NCBI GenBank assembly: GCA_951406725.2
Contig: OX597830.1
Span: 71,052,001-71,116,000 of the forward strand
From: Octopus vulgaris
Lineage: Eukaryota
DNA: 64,000 nucleotides
Direction: 5' to 3'
How positions within the stretch are numbered: the stretch's first letter is position 1; every line of letters begins with the position of its first letter. The notes beneath the pieces are model-generated. The model did no database searches. It saw nothing but the letters and a program-made list of their open reading frames with translations, and was not told the origin of the DNA. The position numbers were made by a program, and so were the translations under genes. Shown one piece after another: positions 13,798 through 29,680 of the stretch.

Positions 13798-14344
13798 CTA
13801 CATATATATGTATACATACAGACATATACATACATATATATGTGTGTATGTGTGTGTATGGTCCTGGTGTCGTGCATGTGCGTGTGCGCATATTTGGATG
13901 AATTGTAAATTAACGCCAAATGTGGAACATTATACGCTACTATTTGTAATTAAAATTTCTAAGATTTGTTCACACACACCCTCTCTTTCTTTTTCTCTTT
14001 CTCTCTCTCTCTGTCTCTGTCTCTCTCTCACATACACACATACATATAGACATGCCCCCGTACGCCAACATAAGTACATACAAGCATTCGCGTATCCACA
14101 AACAAACCTGTTTGATAAAAAAGAAAAAAATCTGAATGAACGCCCAACTTTTCAGATTACGCCGAACTTGTAAATTAAATAGAAAAATGCTAAACTATAC
14201 TATAGTGAATTACACACACACATGTAAATATTAATAGGTATTTATGTACATATCTGATATTGTATTATATATCTTATTAATTTGTCTGTACGGCTGATAA
14301 TTCGCTTGTCACTAGGGACTATATTTTAATAATATCCCTACACG

Positions 14345-14378
<34 letters not shown>

Positions 14379-14414
14379 CAGGTATATATGTACGTGTGTG
14401 TATGTATATATATG

Positions 14415-14475
<61 letters not shown>

Positions 14476-14529
14476 TATATACACATACATGTACATGCCT
14501 AAATATATATGTATATATACATGCACATA

Positions 14530-14975
14530 TGGGTACAGGACGTGAAAAAAATTGGGAACAAAATGAGAAACAAGAACATAATAAACAAAAGCATGGAAAA
14601 CGAACATTTTTCGAACAACGACAAAAAACAATAGAGAAACGAGACAGGCAACATAAAGAACATTCCCTTCATCATTTGTCCCCTGTTTTATCTACCCTGC
14701 GTTTCGAAAGTAGGGACAAGACTCGACTTCGTTAAAGCAATCCTTCCCGCAAAGCAAATTAAATAAAATTTGAGATTTTCTGCGGGGAGTTAAAGTGGTG
14801 TGAAAAACTTGACAGTAAGAACAAAACAGTAAAAACAAACGTTGAGGGCTGTTAAGCCAAGGCGATGTGAAATGGTGAACGCTGGAAAACGAGCTTTGAG
14901 AAGAAACAGGCAAAAGCACGTCACGTCTTTAGGAATGAAGAAGAAAGATAGCCGTTGGTCACGTGTAAGCAACGA
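14530..14975 (-). mobile_element. Interspersed repeat family P2 (~450 bp)
   Basis: Close copy at 19860-20066; diverged copies at 1-325 and 63290-63650. Confidence 0.7.
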
Positions 14976-15091
14976 GAGAGCCAAGGAGGAAGAGTGATGG
15001 GGAGAGAGAGGAACGGTGAAGGGGAGAGAAGAAGAATTTGAAAAAGTGTTGGAGAGAAAGAAAGAAAGGAAGAAGAATAAGAGAGAGAGAG

Positions 15092-15330
15092 TTTAATATT
15101 TATCGCCACACTAACATGGCAGTCCAGGAAATAGGACGAATACTACCGTTGATTAGCTCCAAGAGGCCATACCCTCTAGCTAGGTATGTGACACACAAAC
15201 CTTTGTCCATTTCAACCTTCGAACATGGGAGCTCAGCAGCTCCCCTTGCTGGTTCAACATCCACAGACTAGTTTCGGCGTGATTGCCTCTTATCAATATG
15301 GAGTAGCCGAACCCAGCAGGTGTCGCTGCT
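15092..15330 (-). mobile_element. HHR-bearing short retroelement, family H2 (copy 1)
   Basis: Reverse complement aligns along its length with 30411-30620; carries an HHR motif at its 5' end. Confidence 0.65.
15251..15313 (-). ncRNA. Type I minimal hammerhead ribozyme, U3-A8 variant core
   Basis: Minus strand: GGTTCGGC-tac-TCCATA TTGATAA ga GGC-aatcac-GCC GAAA CTAG TC TGTGGA-t-GTTGAACC; 6+8 bp stem I, palindromic stem III ACTAGT, GUC site between 15266 and 15265. Confidence 0.7.
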
Positions 15331-15660
15331 GACTGTCTGTTCCGAGGTTTATTTCATATATTCAATGGAATACATCCACTGGTTTTCAAACATAGAAATA
15401 TTAATAATTCTAAATCTCCCTAAATATTTCTCTTTCTCCCTCTCAGACGTAAAGAATTGTAGAACAGCTCAACTAGTTTCACTTGATCATGATGAACTCT
15501 CCGTGGCTGTGTATTACATGTGTTGTAGAGAGAGAGTAGAATACAACCACTTTAGTCAAAATAATGAATAACAGGCTCTGCTTCTGGACATTTCCATTTT
15601 AAGATTTCCTTGTGGATGCGTATTAACATAAGTGTTGTAACACAATATCTTTACATCTTT

Positions 15661-16059
15661 TACTCTTTTACCAGTTTCAGTCATTTGACTGCGGCCATGC
15701 TAGAGCACCGCCTTTAGTCGAGCAAATCGACCCCAGGACTTATTCTTTGTAAGCCTAGTACTTATTCTATCGGTCACTTTTACCGAAACGCTAAGTGACG
15801 GGGACATAAACACACCAGCATCGGTTGTCAAGCAATGCTAGGGGGACAAACACAGACACACAAACATACACGCACATACATATATATACATATATACGAC
15901 GGGCTTCTTTCAGTTTCCGTCTACCAAATCCACTCACAAGGCATTGGTCGGCCCGGGGCTATAGCAGAAGACACTTGCCCAAGATGCCACGCAGTGGGAC
16001 TGAACCCGGAACCATGTGGTTGGTTAGCAAGCTACTTACCACACAGCCACTCCTGCGCC
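15661..16059 (-). mobile_element. SINE family A
   Basis: Reverse-complement full-length match. Confidence 0.85.
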
Positions 16060-16308
16060 TATATAAATCTTTTATTATATACTTCTTTCATTTATTCAAT
16101 GGCAGCTTTGCTAGGGAACCGTCTTAAAGGGTTTATTCGATCAAGTCATCCCCAATATTTGTTTTCATTTAAACCGAGGTACTTGTATATGGTAAATTAA
16201 TATACATAGTTAATCTCGCGCTGCGAACATACCCTCTCAACCGTCACTCCACCTGCTAGACACAACAATCTGGCATTATAGAACTAAAATTCTACTATTC
16301 GGTAAACA

Positions 16309-16346
<38 letters not shown>

Positions 16347-16564
16347 TTTTATTTTATCTTTTATTTTATCTAGTTTAAGCTCACGAGCTGTGGCCATACT
16401 GGGGCACCGACATTTTATATATATATATATATATATATACAATGGTCTTCTGATCGCATACTACAATAAATATTATAAATCATACAATCTTCCGAGCAAG
16501 GCCGTTTGTGATCAGATGTCAAGTCGATCAGAGATTAAGCGAGACGTAAGAATTACAGACATTT

Positions 16565-16595
<31 letters not shown>

Positions 16596-17531
16596 CTGTG
16601 TGTGTGTGCGTGTGTGTATGTGTGTATGTGTGTGTGTGTATGTGTGCGAGCGCATGTGTATCTGTGTGAGTGTGAGTACGCGTGTCGTGTGTTTATATGT
16701 ATATCTGTATGCGTACGTTTAAGTGTGATTGTGTGTGTTAGTGACTTGTTCAACGTATGTCAAAAAAGTAACTTAACCTTTTGATAAATAGAACTCGATA
16801 AAATAAGAACTACGGCCAATATGATCGACTAAAATGCTTAAAGACGGCGCTCCAGCATAAGCTGCAATCCAAGGAGTAGAACAAATAACGAATAAAGGAA
16901 AAGCAGGACAAAGGAAGTAAAGAATTAAAAACCCGAAATAGATTATAGTAAAAAAAAAATGAGCCAATATGAGAAACACCAAAAACAAAAAAAAAAATGT
17001 TTAAAAAACATAACCTTATACAATGTACACTCTTGATGACTGGAACATGCATAATAAAGAACACAAAAGCCAGCAAAAAATAAGTTGTAGAAAATACGAT
17101 AATCTTAGCAATTAATATATTTTGCTCACAGGTCATTCGATTTGGCACCAAGATATCTAAGATGGTTGACACAAAGGATTTACCATCATTATAATCAAAG
17201 ATGTCTGTTCTAAGGCAGCTTTATTCGATCCGAAATATTATATAAAAAATATACGCATCTTCGTGTTTGCATGTGTTTGTGTGTGTTGGTGTGGGTTTGT
17301 CATATTTCTGCAGACGTATTTTTCAGTTATTCTATACACATACTATTTCTACATATATATGGAGGCATGTGTATATATATATATATATACATGCGTAGAT
17401 AAAAACATACAAATATAAATATATATACGCATGTGTATACATATATACACATTTATACATATACATATATGCATATATATATATGTATGTATATTTATAT
17501 ATTTATGTATCTGTAAGTATATATGTAAACC

Positions 17532-17564
<33 letters not shown>

Positions 17565-17617
17565 ATGTACATATATGTATATATATATGTATATATGTAA
17601 ATATATCTATCTATCCA

Positions 17618-17655
<38 letters not shown>

Positions 17656-17790
17656 AACACATTCAAATAAGTATGAAAGACCGATAACAATATTTCTAGC
17701 TAAATATATAATCATAAGGATCGTTATGTATATACGCATTTTGACTTCATTTTTTTATACTGTTTACGTTTACTTATATATGTATTATAG

Positions 17791-17885
<95 letters not shown>

Positions 17886-17957
17886 GTATATATATATAAA
17901 TGTATATATATATATAAATATATGTATGTATCTATCTATCTATCTATCTATCTATCG

Positions 17958-18000
<43 letters not shown>

Positions 18001-18015
18001 CCGGTCTCTCTCCCG

Positions 18016-18101
<86 letters not shown>

Positions 18102-18567
18102 TTATCTGTATGTGTGCATGTGAGGGCGTGTTTATGTGTATGCATGTCTATATACTTTATTATACATATATAAGCATATAGACGTACATTTGTGTGTGTA
18201 TGCATGCGAATGTGTAGGTACAATCGTGTATGCATATGTTTGCGTTCGTATGTCTATGGAAGAGCGTGTGTGTGTGTGAGTACTTGAGCGTGGTTGTACT
18301 TACGTACTTGGGTGTGTGAATGGGTGTATTTCAGAATGTGTACGACCAATATAAACAACGGTAATACCCATTAAGTCTTTAATACATAGCCATGTTGTTT
18401 CTCCAAAATTTCTCTTCGTAAACCTAGATTGATTGAACTGTTGATCGGAGGATTGGATTTTACGACCATCCATTTGTGGCAGACGTTTTCTTTTTTAGGC
18501 AAGATGGAGGAGAGGAACATTGGAGATTCTAGAGATGCATCACGTTAGCATTATATGAAACATTTTC

Positions 18568-18599
<32 letters not shown>

Positions 18600-18725
18600 A
18601 TGTGCGTATGTGTATGTGTATGTTTGTGCGCGTGCGTGTGTGCGTATGTGCTTGTGTGTATGTACTATATATATAATGTATATACCAACATATGTATATA
18701 CATATAGATATGTCTCTCTCTCTCC

Positions 18726-18775
<50 letters not shown>

Positions 18776-18786
18776 GTATATGTATG

Positions 18787-18843
<57 letters not shown>

Positions 18844-19069
18844 TATATATATGCATATATATATACATATGCTCAGATAGATACAGATATAACACGTATA
18901 ATTTTACATGTGTGTATACTTATACACAGTTATACAGACACATACAAGCACACACACGCACACACGGACACACACACACACATACACATGCATATTCACG
19001 GGGAATAGGAATTATTTCACCTTTAGCTTTGACTTTTTCTTTGTCATCATTTTGTATGATTATCACGTG

Positions 19070-19800
19070 AAAGCGAGATTGTTTCGCAACGTGGAGTGAC
19101 CAGAGGCGAGAGCAGGTCTCCAGACGGCTTCGGACAAATGGCTTGAAGCATAATTTCCTGATCTCTCGTTCGGAAAGTTCTCAAAACTCTTCCGGCCATT
19201 CACTTTACACATTGTTACCGTTTTGGTGTTATGTACATGAAACGAGGCATTGTTGCTCATATCAAACCTCAGATCATTTACTATACTTGACTATAGGATT
19301 ACTGATAGCGGAGGGATTGGACTTTGCCTGTGTTATATTGCATGCCATTTTCTTCCGCGATTTGTATTTGGTGCCTATGTCTTTCTGCAGAAGACTATTT
19401 TCGAAAGTTTTCTTGACTGCTTGTACTACTTTTGTGTCGTCGGCGTAGCTAGTAAATGTGGTTGTCCGTGTAACTGATGGCGCGTGTTTAGAAGAATTGC
19501 CAGGAAAGCATCAGTGACTGTGGTTGAGTTTTAAGTTCATTCCATCAATGGCTGATATTACATCAGTTTCCTCTATTACGATGTAATCAATAATTGCCAT
19601 CTCTTTGTCTAGATCGTTGGTGCTAATGAGCACATTTGGCATAACTCTTTGCTAGTGTCCAAACAGAGTTGTAAAAACATATTTCTAATGCACATTCATT
19701 ATTTCACACATCCTCTTTGGGGTATCTGCAGTCAGTTAACCATTTTCGTTGAACAATGATTCTATCTTGTCCTCTACTGAAGCGGACCCTTTTACAGATA
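19070..19800 (-). pseudogene. Degraded CR1-type LINE ORF2 (reverse transcriptase) fragment with internal deletion
   Basis: Minus-strand translation SYADDTKV (YADD 19436-19447), LLQKDI, VNDLRFDMSNNASFHVH, VLRTFRTRD, FVRSRLETCSRLWS, and pre-RT MCEIMN...VFT...IEETDVISAI; stops and frameshifts. Confidence 0.85.
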
Positions 19801-20638
19801 TATAGGAGGCTTTATATCCCCTCTCGTTTTCATGCGAGTGTTTGAGTTCATTTTCAGTCTCAACGAAAAAAGCAATAGAGAAACGACAGGGAACATAAAG
19901 AACATTCCCTTCATCATTTGTCCCCTGTTTTATCTACCCTGCGTTTCGAAGGTATGGACAAGACTCGACTTCGTTAAAACAGTCCTTCCCGCAACGCAAA
20001 TTAAATAAAATTTGAGATTTTTTGCGGAGAGTTAAAGTGGTGTGGAAAACTTGATAGTAAGAACAAGCTAATTTAGACGGCTTGAGATCTTTCCTCATCG
20101 TCTTATTTGAATCTTCTGACCCCAAGCAAATTATGTTTTCTATCGGTTTGACGTTCTCTCAGGAGGAAACTTTCTGCATATGTCATGGATAAGTGTCATA
20201 AATTTCTATAGATTTATGCTAGTATCTAACTGGATTTCTCTTATTGCCAATCCTGAAATGCAGGGCCTTGACTTCACCGAGGGATTCGGAGTATAAGTTT
20301 AAATCCTTTTGAGCACTTATATATTTTATATACTGAACATACTCAGGTCTTAACTATGTCCGTAATTATATATACAAATATGCACATATATGTCTTCATG
20401 TGCTTGTGTGTTTGAGAAAAACGTCTTAAAAAATATAACCCGTCTTCATCATATACACAAACACATGCAACCATAAACATATATCCAGAGACTCGCTCTT
20501 TCGTCCTATAACATACACGTTAACGGAATTTGCAGTATATGTTATGAGTTAGCCTCTTTTCATCTTCCTCTTTTTATCGGTAGGGTCAATTACTTTTGAA
20601 AGTACTTTCTTGTGCGCGGTTTAAATATATGTCTATGC

Positions 20639-21845
<1,207 letters not shown>

Positions 21846-22837
21846 GAGAGGGAGAGAGAGCGAATGAAAGGTAGAGTGAGTGAGTGAGTGAGTGGGAAAT
21901 AAATGCCTACATACATGTGCACACGCGACAAAAATCTGTTTTCAAAGAGTTGCCTTGTGGCGCCATCTACTCTCTTTAAGCCGAACCAAAACAACAACAT
22001 TAACAACAATGTACACAACAACTACAGCTAATACATTAAGAAATAAAAGCAAAAAGCCAAAAAAAAAAATGTAGAGCTAAAAAAGCTGGATAAAGGAAGG
22101 TAACTTGTAAGCTTTTAGCTTGTTTATTACAAAGATCTGTGCTTTATGGACCGTTTTGTCTTTCTGCTTGCAACTAAAGCCAGCTTTATTTAGAGTCTCT
22201 TTCAATTAATTTCTAATTAGTTTTTACTATTTCCTGCCTAACTCTTTAATATCAAACCACTTTCTGCTCTCAGACTTTATTACGTGGCAATGGAATAATT
22301 TACCGTTCTCATATCGCCACAGACTATTTCGTGATATTGATTTCTCTTGCTTTTTGTCTGAAGGCCGCAAATGCTGATGATGAAAATTGGAATGTATAAG
22401 CGATTTATGTCAAAATAGAGCATTAAAGCAGTACTGTAATTTGCTTGAAGCATTGCAATGTATAAATATTTTTTAAGAAAACTTTTAAGCCATGCAGGTG
22501 AGAAGTCAGGTGATATATGCTATGATGACAATAAATAAAAACAAAGTCATTGGATCACTCTACCTATTTTGCTTAATAATTCTATAATATGTCGGGGAAG
22601 ATTCCCTTTATTAAATACAAGCTATAATGTAATCTAAGAGTTTGGTGACTGCCGATGATACTTTTCTCCGAACTTTAGGCTTATATTTTTTCGCATATTT
22701 GATAATGAGTCTTACTCGAAATACAATTGAAGCATTAGATAAATTATATTGAGCCTGACAATATTTTGTCTTTGTCTTTATTGGCATCACTGTACATATT
22801 TTGCTTAGATTTTCACCTGCATTGCTTAGAGACATTC

Positions 22838-22910
<73 letters not shown>

Positions 22911-23758
22911 GGAGTCTTATATTTAATACATTATTGTTTATCAGGTATGAATGACTAAAATCCAAAGTCGACCTCCTTAAGTTTTGAACATAATATTTAA
23001 TATATATACTTAAATATAACAATGTAGATTTGTTTCAAACCTTTCGTCATCTTTTTTCTTTATGTATGTACACCTCTTTGTTTTAGTGCCACAGCGCAAT
23101 CATGACGAACGGTTGAGAATTTTTTTTTATTATTAGTTTCTAATTATGAACCCGTCGCATGCAACTATGCGCAAGTATCTTCTGCCACGAAATCGGAGAG
23201 AACAAAAGCCTGGACAGACGATAGTACTGCCTTCTCACGCTGATTCTTCTTGAGTTTTCTTATTTTCAGGCTTAATGTACCAGAGAAAGTTTTATCCGGT
23301 AGGTTCCCAAGTCTGTCTTTTATTTACAAAAACAACTGTGGGTTGTGCTATGCACCGCGACTTGCTCACCCGGGTAGCTAGATATAATAGCTAAGAGACA
23401 ACAATGAGGCCCCGCTGTAGTATAGAGGTAGCAAAATTATTCGACGTGGTACCAACAAAGATGAAAACATGGGTTTTAAAACAAACGATTCTTCGAATTG
23501 ATTATCTAGTATATTTATTTGATTAAATCAATTGCACTTTACACTAACTTGAATCCTCATATTAAAAATTTGTATGAAATAATTCATGTTTATTTAGAAC
23601 TATTAGTAGAGCTATCATCAATGGGTTTCAATAATTCATCATTTTTGTTTACGTACTGTTATTATTTGGTGTCACGATATTTTTTGTGTTCCGCTTTTAC
23701 AAAATTCCTGATGTGAAATCGCGATTGTATTGGCCATGGTCATTATGCCAACGGAATG

Positions 23759-24106
23759 GTCGTTATGCCAACAATAAAGGCACGCATTGGTTCTATTTCA
23801 CTTCTCTTATTACTATTACTCAAGTAATTTCTCATTTAACCAATTAAATACTAGAATTTTTGATTAATTAATCGTTCGATCAGTTAGTCAATCAGCTAGG
23901 TTGTGGAGTAGCGAGGGCTCGTCCTTGAGGAAGACACGAATAGCAACGAAAAGACTTTCACAAGACTTGTTTGACTCACTGTACGATTAATCAAAAAATC
24001 AATTAGTTCCTTAGTTAAACAGTTAATGAATTGTTGACAAATAAAAAATAAATAAATAAAGAAGTGAAATAGACCCAGTGCATGTGTTTATGATTGGCAT
24101 AATGAC
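23759..24106. mobile_element. Old fold-back MITE-like element
   Basis: Diverged inverted arms 23759-23805/24060-24106, plus inner pairing ~23857-23893/23967-23997. Confidence 0.55.
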
Positions 24107-24133
24107 TCTGAATTTACAAAATATACCCTATTG

Positions 24134-24382
24134 TTCTGTTGTGTCTGGGGAGAGTCATTTTCTTTTAGTGCCTTATAATGTAACACACTCACCGGTAAAA
24201 TTTCCACTTATTTCTTATTTTTAATAAAGATAAAAAAAAAGAAGAGAGAAGTGGAAATTTTACCGGCGAGTGTGTTACATTATAAGGCACAAAAAGAAAA
24301 TGACTCTCCCCAGACACAACAGAATATGCTTCAACACACGAACTCATATAAAGAATCTTGCAAACCAAATCCCAAAACGAAA
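24134..24382. mobile_element. Fold-back element (arms 24134-24209 / 24249-24324) with asymmetric tail; same family as 43011-43330
   Basis: Direct inverted-repeat pairing; arms and ~60-bp tail nearly identical to the 43 kb copy. Confidence 0.8.
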
Positions 24383-26382
24383 TATCCTATTGTTATTTTC
24401 GAATTCCTACCTGTTTATGTTGTATGCTATGACGCTCTTCTTAATTTTTCCTTTTCTCTTCGACTTCTACGCTGACGTGTGTCTTTTTTGAATCAATCAC
24501 AATTAGTGCCCGTTTATATACAAATTTTTCTGGACATATTGAGAATCTTCTGATTGTATTGCTACTTCTTTGCTATTTAGTATCACTGGGAAACTATGGC
24601 AACTTTGGTCGGGTAGATTTACGTGTCCAGTCCCTCTGAATCATATCTATTATCCAAAATAACGACAATTTCTCTGTTTCTCCAATCTCATTTATTTTGA
24701 TATATTTTGGTGCAAAGTAAAGCATTTTTCAATAATTTGCTATATTTTTCAATTACGAAAACATTTCTTTATTATTTTAACACGTATTTTGGTTTATGTT
24801 CTTAATAAAATTATTGTTGTCTTATGAATATTTTGTCATGTTCTTGTCATATTCTTGTTGCTTTTGACATTTGAGGGGTGTGACACGTTCATCTTTCTTA
24901 CTCGTTTCATTTTGTTCTCTCCTTGAAACAAACATTGTATCTCAGTTTATTTAATCAAACCCCAAAACACCAAAAATTTTGGACTTGAAGTCAAACGTGA
25001 AAAATAAAAACACAATATAAAACTTAAGAATATGAATAAGTATATACAAAATTTTGTCGAGACTTACACATGACTTTTGTTATATACTACAAACTAAAGT
25101 AAATTGATAGTCTCAAAATTAGAGAGACAAACATAAATTAAAAATACATAAAAAAAAAATGTGTTGACTTTAACTGAAATAGTTTCTCTTCTATGTTCAA
25201 ACTTGTACAACATTACTTTATAATTATAATACTGACAAAAATATAACAAAAATATTTTGATTCAGAGGTCGCGACAGAGAGATTAACTTTCTTTTATAAA
25301 TATAGATAACAATTCACATGATTTTATCTTTAGAAAAGTATCTAAGTGCTCCAAGGAACATAATGTAATTTTGATAACATCAGTTTTTAAGAAAATTTGG
25401 TTAAAAATATCTTGAATAGAAATTACCAAATAACAGCAAATCTCATTATTCCTCAGAAAAAAATAAGTTGGAAATAATAAGAATTATCTCAACGTTTCCA
25501 TTTTCCTGAGTGGTGACATCGTCCACAGACATCTGACTCTGAAGAACGCGGAGAGAGATGGCGAAGTTAGAAAAACATGACACCAATTAGCAAACTAGGT
25601 TGTGGAGTAGCGAGGGCTCGTCCTTGAGAAACTCTTGTCATAGCATTGCGATGCAAAGCACCGACGCAAAGTACAGAGGAATGAACTCGACATTGCCCAC
25701 ATTTGCTCAAGTCTCCTGGCATTCCTTGAGCTACCAGTGGAATGATACCAGTTGAGATAGAGAAAGAAAGGAGATAGAGAGAAGGAGAGATAGATAGAAA
25801 GTGAGTGTGTGCGTGCGTGTATGTATACTTATGTACATGCACATATATTTGTATGTATATATATATATATTTCTTTACTACCCACAAGGGGCTAAACATA
25901 GAGAGGACAAACAAGGACGAACAAAGGAATTAAGTCGATTACATCGTCCCCATTGCGTAACTGGTACTTAATTTATCGACCCCGAAAGGATGAAAGGTAA
26001 AGTCGACTTCGGCGGAATTTGAACTCAGAACGTAACGGCAGACGAAATACGGCTATGCATTTCGCCCGGCGTGCTAACGTTTCTGCCAGCTCGCAGGTTT
26101 CAGAATTTGTATCTGTATGTATATGTAGGTGAGTCGTTAGTGCGTTCACAGCCAAATTGCGTCTGCAGGACGCATGCGTTGTATGGGACGCTCAAAATAG
26201 AACGATAAGGAAAAATTCAGCTGAAATTTATTGTAGTGTGGTTCGCCTGAAGATGAACAATGTCGCATGCAGCTTGGTTCAAGAAAAAGTTTGCTTGTTC
26301 ATACATACGCTAGAGCGACGAACACAATGACTCGCAGATTATGTATATACTTATATATTGTGATGTATTTTATTCCTGCTCA

Positions 26383-26580
26383 TGACCTCGTGTGTACCGT
26401 TGGCGATTTTTTTCCTCTGTCTTCTCTTCTCTGGATCTTTCCTTCTATGTTTCCGACGAAGAGCTCCGCTCGAAACGTTAAACCCTCCTTCTTTCCTTCT
26501 TTCCTGAGCGTCCAATAATACTATATTTGTTCCACGTCCTCGCGTTGTTGGCTTTTTTTTGTTTTCTTGTTTGGATTAAC
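26383..26580 (+). mobile_element. Penelope pLTR-like element, family H4, with minimal HHR variant (CCGACGA core) at 26449-26483
   Basis: GTTT CCGACGA a GAGC-tcc-GCTC GAAA CG TT AAAC; ends in (TA)n; close copy at 58727-58925 (minus) and fragment at 13669-13735. Confidence 0.6.
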
Positions 26581-26592
26581 TATATATATATA

Positions 26593-27101
<509 letters not shown>

Positions 27102-27319
27102 ATTATATATATATATATATATATTTATGGCACCAGTAATGAACACTAAAATGCACATCATAATGGTAAGTTTGCAGTGTGCACTACCTTGCTGCAGAAA
27201 CACGTATAGCTACTGACGCGAAAAGATACGATGTACTTATAATAAAAGCATACGATAAAACCTGGATATATGATAAAACCTGGCTAAATCTCTGTTCACC
27301 TAATTTTTATTAATGTATG

Positions 27320-27387
<68 letters not shown>

Positions 27388-27567
27388 TGTATGTGTGTAT
27401 ATATTTGAGCCTTTATCTATGTATTACTGTGTATTTGTTGTATATGAATCTAAATATAATTAACTTGTTGGTCTACTGTTGACGTTTATGTCACTAATAT
27501 ATGCATTTACAATCTAGGATTCCATTTATAACCTAGGATTCTGTGCAACAATATATATATATATATT

Positions 27568-27607
<40 letters not shown>

Positions 27608-27970
27608 TATATATTCTCGTGTATAGGTATGTATGTATATATTAATGTAAATACGCGTGTGTGTTTGAGCGCGTGCGAGCGTGTGTGGTGTGTGTGTATG
27701 TGGCATCTATAGAATCACAGCATGTAATATCAGGACCACCCATCTCACACTCTAAATAGGTCACCGTTCCAATGGAGTGCAGTAGTGACAGAATATAGTC
27801 AAATATGATACTAATTTCTTTTACTTAATAAACTTCATCTCTAAACACAAAATATTATAAGTATCCCGGGGATGTAGACACGGGCGGTAGTTTCTATCAG
27901 TTTGCGAAAGAGAGTCTTATACACAGATTACATATATACGTGTGTGTATACATACACATGCATCTCTCAC

Positions 27971-28018
<48 letters not shown>

Positions 28019-28070
28019 GATATGTGTGTGTGTGTGTGTGAATGTATGTATGTATGTGTATATATATATG

Positions 28071-28126
<56 letters not shown>

Positions 28127-28969
28127 CATACATATATATTTATTTATATATACACACACATACATACATATGTATACATATATGTGTGGGTGTGTGAGTA
28201 CATATATATACATATATATATGAAAATGTACTGTTTGCGATGGTTAAATTGACGTCATTTTGTATTTTTTATTTCGCGCATGCGCATTGTTTGTTTTTGA
28301 TTTTTCGTCAAACGGGCGCCGTCTGTGAGATAAACAGTACCATGACGCAATTCATTTTGCCAGAATGATGACTTTATTATATAAATTTACTCCTTAGTAT
28401 TTCAAGATATTTTTTATGTAATTTGGTGAATATAAATTGTTAAAATGAGATGTCGGTGTTATTTTCATCTTTGTGTAATTTAGACGACAATATATTCACA
28501 GCATCCTAAATATATACATGCATATACATACATATATAGATACACATATATACTACATGCTATATTTAATACATAAACAACAATTTCTCTCGGTCTGTCT
28601 GTTACCATCTTAGTGCCTTAGCCAGAAGACCAATATTCACGAAATTTTGCATACATGTTACACTAACATACATTTCGATAATAAGGTAATTGCCTTTCAA
28701 TAAAAATCTATAGTATCCACCTAAGGGCGTTAGGAGGATTATATGGTAAAATGAGAAGGCTGCAAAAACGTATTAGTCCGAGGGAAAGCTGGAAGCAGAG
28801 AGAGGGTGACTTATATCAGTGAAGGCGAGAACATCGGTGGCAATGAGGTTTAACGTTAATACAGCTGTCATATATACGCGACGTTGCCTACATACTTTCG
28901 TAAATACGTAGATAAAACACACACAGATACATACACACACAGTCATACACAAACACACACACACGCAAG

Positions 28970-29001
<32 letters not shown>

Positions 29002-29369
29002 TAGGGGTGAGGAATACGTAGTTTTGAGGAGAGAGGGAGTAGGTGGCTTTTCTGCTGTCCATAGCAAAGAAAACTCACACACAGACACACACATAATTTT
29101 ATATACATGCATACGCATTCTACTATACACCATTTTAAACTCGAAATTACCTGCGTGTACGTTTGTAAATGTCTGACTATGTGTGAGTGTGTGTGTGTGT
29201 GTTTATGTGTGTCTGTGTGTGACATCCTATAACTGCCTTTCGCTCTACTTCTGTAGGATCTTCCCTGTTGTTGTTACATATGGAGTGATTTTAAAATTAC
29301 GTCAAAATTTTCAGATTTGGTATATTGAAATAATTTTCAACGTTACATCTGATTTTGTTATTTATTTGT

Positions 29370-29680
29370 TTCAGAAAAAACGGTTAAGCGAGTCGAAGAC
29401 CTGCGTTTCGCTCTTGATCTCGACAATATTGTTAAAACGGAAACTTTTGAGATGTATTTTCATCTTGTGGAACAGATAGAAATCTGCAGGTCCTAAATCT
29501 GGTGAGTAGGACGGGTGCAGAATTGATACCATGTTGTTTTGGACGGGAAACTCACGCGTGAAGAGAGCTTGTTGTTAGGGAGCATTGTCGTTTTGAAGAC
29601 TGCAGTTCCTCATGCTCCACAGAGCTGGTCACTTTCGCTGAATATCCTACCTGGAATGCTTCAAAACGTCGCTGATTGTC
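29370..29680 (-). pseudogene. Mariner transposase relic (D34D region)
   Basis: LQNDNAP*QQALFTREFPVQNNMVSILHPSYSPDLGPADFYLFHKMK; 34 residues between the catalytic Ds; in-frame stops. Confidence 0.85.

Noticed and set aside
22495-22822. Weak inverted similarity (GCAGGTGA...TGATG.CAATAAA) suggesting old TIRs
   Set aside because: Low identity in AT-rich sequence and no TSD found
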